64,000 nt of DNA, from NCBI RefSeq assembly GCF_009914755.1, contig NC_060947.1. The stretch is one strand, 5' to 3'. Below are positions 59,568-64,000 of this stretch, piece by piece. Positions within the stretch are counted from its first letter, which is position 1. Every line of letters starts with the position of its first letter. The DNA comes from the human T2T-CHM13v2.0 reference genome, Homo sapiens. Under the pieces are notes generated by a model that saw nothing but the letters and a program-made list of their open reading frames with translations, ran no database searches and was not told the origin of the DNA. The position numbers and the translations under genes were made by a program.

Positions 59568-59954
59568 TGATATGGTTTTGCTGTGTCCCCACCCAGATCT
59601 CATCTTGAATTGTAGTTCCCATAATCCCCACTTGTCATGGGAGGGACCTGGTGGGAGGTAATTGAATCATGAGGGTGGTTATCTCCATGCTTTTCTCAAT
59701 GATAGTGAGTGAGTCCTCACGAGATCCGATGGTTTTATACCCACTTCCCTTTCCCACTTCCCACTTCCCTTTGCTCTGCGCTTCTCCTTGCTGCTGCCAT
59801 GTGAAGGATGTGTTTTCTTCCCCTTCTACCATGAGTGTAAGTTTCCTGAGGCATCCCCAGCCCTGTGCAACTGTGAGTCAATGAAACCTTTTTCCTATAT
59901 AAATTACCCAGTCTCGGTATGTCTTTATTAGTAGGGTGAGAATGGACTAATACA
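59568..59954 (+). mobile_element. THE1 (THE1C/D-like) solo LTR
   Basis: tgatatgg...ggactaataca; perfect TSD gccct. Confidence 0.93.
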
Positions 59955-60259
59955 GCCCTCAACAACTGTTCCTTTTACACTGAACACATTGTTTCTTACA
60001 TTCTTTGGCACTTGATAATATTCTGGGCTCCTTTGTTTCCCAGTTTGTTAAACAGGGTCAGTCCATGCATGTGCCATACTGTAGAGGGGATGAACTTTCC
60101 AGTCCTGATTGACAGTGCTGTGCTAGAAACCCCCAGGAGAGCTCTCCAGCATCCTGGCTGGAACCATGCACTGCATCCTTCTCACCACATACTGGCTCCT
60201 CTCGGCTTTTACCCCTCTTGTGGTCACTCTCATATAGATGGCTCCGTGTCAGTCCGTGT

Positions 60260-60907
60260 CAGCCAACTGCAAGGTTAGAGGGGCAGTCCTCCAGGCTGGC
60301 TTGCTTCTCACAATCACTCCAATTTCAAGTAGGTTCACAAAACTACCCTGTTTTAATAATTTGCTAAAAGGACTCACAGGAGTCACTGAAAGGTGTTATG
60401 CATATGGTTATGGTTCATTACAGCTAAAGGAGACAGATTTAAGTCAGCCCAGGTAAAAGGCATACAGAAAAGAGTCTGGAAAAGTTGCAAATATTGAGCT
60501 TCCAGATGTCCTGTCCCTGTGGAGTCATGGGCAGTGTTGCTTTCCCTGCATTGCTATGTGACAGTATGCATGGAGTATGTCCAACCTGGAAAGGCCACCT
60601 GAGAATTGAGTCCAGAGATTTCACTGGGGCTCTATCACACGGGTATTGATGATTGCCCATGGGGCAGATCTCCATCTCCAGCCCCTCAGGAGGTCAAGCT
60701 GATGCTGCATGGGTCAAAGACCCTGCCCTACATTCCACTGATAAGACTCTGGCATGACCAGCCTCCTACCTGACATCACATTACTAAACTATGCAGTGAC
60801 CCAAGGCTATCAGGCAGTCAATCCTACCAGGCTTGACATTCCAAGGGCTTTGGGATCACCTCCCTGGGCAGATTTCTTGCTGAACAAGATTAAATTCTTT
60901 ACTACAT
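60260..60907 (-). mobile_element. MER21-like LTR
   Basis: aatttgctaaaaggactcacagg...ttaaattctttactaca. Confidence 0.75.
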
Positions 60908-60962
60908 AGTGAGGTACTTCTGTCTATCTTGGAGACCTTTGTCCTCTTTTAACTTTTAGTTC

Positions 60963-61181
60963 CTTTTTTTTTTTTCCTTTTAGAGACATAGTCTTCCTCT
61001 GTTGCCCAGGCTAGAGTGCAGTGGCATGATCGTTGCTCACTGCATCCTCCAACTCCTAGGATCAAATGATCCTTCTACATTAGCCTCCCATGCAGCTGGG
61101 ACTACAGGTGCATGCCACCATGCCCAGGTATTCTTTTTGTTTTTTGTAGAGATGGGTCTTGCTATGTTGCTTAGGCTGGTC
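60963..61181 (-). mobile_element. 5'-truncated AluJ-like
   Basis: TSD acttttagttc. Confidence 0.9.
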
Positions 61182-61790
61182 GACTTTTAGTTCTTTATAT
61201 GCCTTCTTAACATAACCAGATTATGTTTGTGTATGCAGACACCAAGACATTGACCGTGATGTTTCTCTCAGTGCTAGGATCACAGACAATTTTTTAGTTC
61301 TCATTATGCTTTTCTACTATATCCATATTTTCGACAGAAATTGTCGCTTTTATAATTAGGATGGGAAAACAGATTTTAATGAGGCTTTTTTCCCTAAAAC
61401 ATACTGCTTAACCAGTTTTGCTCACAATGAGCACCAGAATTTGTCCACTCAGTAAGTCACTTATATAACATAATATTTAGAGGATCCTATGCTTTTATTT
61501 CTGAGTTATGTAAAAAATGACAGAAAAATATGTTAAGAATAATTTAAACTCCATTCATTAATTAAACTACACATAGTTTAAACTATAGGGCTTGTATATT
61601 ACCCCTGAACAATATAAACATATACACGACACATATATGCAAACAATAATTAGCTACTTGTGTAGATATATGGACATTTTGTGCATTGTGTTACTCAGGA
61701 ACATATAAGACTCTGTAGCCAGTGTGATAATGAAGATAAATCTCCTTTCTATCTGGTCTAAATTCCTTTTCTGCCCATTCAATGCTACTA

Positions 61791-62082
<292 letters not shown>

Positions 62083-62955
62083 TAAGTATGCATCTTCAGT
62101 GGGGGCAAACATTGCTCCTTAGGGAACAAAATAGATTTTTAGGGCAAAAAAAAAAAAATCAAACTATCTTTATCAGTGAAGTATAGAAATGCATGCAGTA
62201 CATAAACAGATATGTAATATATCTGTATTAAACTTTTGTGGGGAGGGGAAAATGCCCAAAACACAGGAAAGATGTTGAAAAACATCAGTCTGAACTATCT
62301 GGGCTGGAGGTGGTGACCCTGTTTGCAGAATGTTCTTAGCTTCTGTCTCTGCAACTGTAAAGTGTTCATTTTCAGCAAATTCTTTATAAATACATTTTTA
62401 GAAAGAGAAGGATGCTTTGCTGTTACGGTGTACAAAATGCCTAACATTAAGTACTTCTTGACCAAGACTGAATTTTATCCCTCTGACTATGGCCCAACCT
62501 AGCTAGGCACAACTCTGTTTGTCATGGACTTTGCAACCAAAAGCCACCATAGAAGGGTCCTGATTCCATTCTTAATGGCAGGAGTCACTTCCTGGTGAGT
62601 TATGTGTTTTGTACTCTGTTGGGTCTGCTTTGAAAAGCCCCCTCCTTTCCACTGCCTGGCATCTTCTACACAGCATCACCTATGTGAGCCTAAGGGCACA
62701 CATCTCTCAGATGAGATGAGAATGAGAATGGATTCACCTCATCATGTCCAATGAAGCCATGACTAAACAATGAAAGGCAGATGAAAAATTTAAAGAAAAC
62801 CACTTCCATAATGGGAAATTCTCATCTATCCTTTTACTAGAAGTATCAGTGTTGTGCCTTATCCCAAATAACTGCTGATGCATGCAGCCTGAGCCCAGGG
62901 GAGGAGTTGAAGATAAGGTTAAAGAGAGCTAGATAGTGTTCCATCAGTCAAGGTC

Positions 62956-63605
62956 GGCTATGGTTTGAATGTGTCCCTGGAAGTTCAGGCATTGGAAAGT
63001 TAATCCCTGATGCAACAGGTTTAAGAGGAGGGACCTTTAAGAGGTGATTAGGCCATGAAGGCTCTGCCCTTATGAATGGATTAATGCCCTTATCATGGGA
63101 ATGAGTTTATCTCAGGAGTGGGTTTCTTATTAAAAAAAAAAAAATAGTTCAGCTCTCTTTTCCACTCTCTCTCACCTTCTCTTTGCTCTTCTGCCTTTTG
63201 CCATGTGATAACACAGTACAAAGTCTCTCACCAGATGCCAGCCTCTCAGTCTTGAACTTCCCAGCCTCCAGAATTGTGAGCCAATAAATTCCTCTTCATT
63301 ATAAATTATCCAGGCTGTGGTATTCTGTTATAACAGCACAGAAAAGACTAAGACAGAAAACTGGTACTTAGAAGTGGGGTTGCTTCTTTAACAAATACCT
63401 GAGAATTTGGCAGTGGCTCGGGAACTAGGTAATAAGTAGAGGCGGAAAGAATTTGGAAGAGCAGGCTAGAAAAAGTATACATTGCCATAAATGTAATGTT
63501 AAGGGCAATTCTGATGAAGGCTCAGAAAAGGAGAGTTGTAAAGGAAGTCTGGAACTTGTTAGAGATTACTTAAGTGGTGGTGATCACAATGCTGGTAGAA
63601 AAGAG
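62956..63605 (+). mobile_element. MaLR 5' LTR (MST-type, to about 63355) plus start of internal region
   Basis: gctatggtttgaatgtgtcc...gactaagaca followed directly by gaaaactggtac...gtgggg, the MaLR-int start. Confidence 0.85.
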
Positions 63606-63611
63606 TAAAGA

Positions 63612-63703
63612 GGCTGGGCGTGGTGGCTCATGCCTGTAACCCCAGCACTTTGGAAGACCAAGGTGGGTGGTCAGGAGTTCCAGACCAGCTTGACCAACAT
63701 GGT
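63612..63703 (+). mobile_element. Alu 5' part interrupted by an LTR
   Basis: ggctgggcgtggtggctcatgcctgtaa...ccaacatggt. Confidence 0.85.
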
Positions 63704-64000
63704 TGTTTGAAATGCTTGTTCCCCAGTGCCATAAGGAAATAGCACTTGAACATAAATTTAATTTACTCAGCAAGGCCATTTTTACTTCCTACAGAAAGGG
63801 TACACGCTCCAGCAGTTTTGTCAGAGTATACCGAACAAAGGAGATAGGGTCATTTATAACCTTACGCGTCCACCCTACTGCTGTGTCCGGTTTCCATTGG
63901 CTGGAATGGGACCTCATATTCTGTATTTGTTCCAACTGGCTAGCAACTTATAACTTTTTAAAAGAGGCAAAGGTAGAGGAGAACAAAGGAAGGCGGAAGT
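63704..64000 (-). mobile_element. ERV1 LTR (LTR10A-like) 3' end, cut by the window edge
   Basis: aaatgcttgttcccc..tgcc..aaatagcacttgaacataaattt..ctcagcaaggcc matches the reverse LTR10 end as recalled. Confidence 0.65.

Overview
Primate (human-like) non-coding genomic DNA, dense in interspersed repeats. It carries about 27 Alus, about 25 MaLR/ERV1/ERVL LTRs (many with intact TG..CA ends and TSDs), hAT/Tigger MITEs, a long fragmented L2 and one full-length L1. No host protein-coding exon, RNA gene or CRISPR array is recognisable, and nearly all ORFs in the track are Alu/LTR artefacts. The L1 (about 38241-44407, + strand) is L1PA3-like: it keeps the ~129-bp 5'UTR segment, and ORF1 and ORF2 are both disabled. 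However, its CpG-rich 5'UTR, antisense-promoter splice donors and 71-aa antisense ORF0 are intact, and it has a substituted YY1 motif and an expanded (TGACCCC)4 array. About 120 bp outside its 5' end lies a candidate minus-strand exon, followed by further candidate minus-strand exons and a MER41B LTR with two intact STAT1 GAS motifs. The best hypothesis is a TE-built antisense transcription unit, which is inference and needs RNA data. Subfamily names come from recalled consensus motifs, not from a database search.
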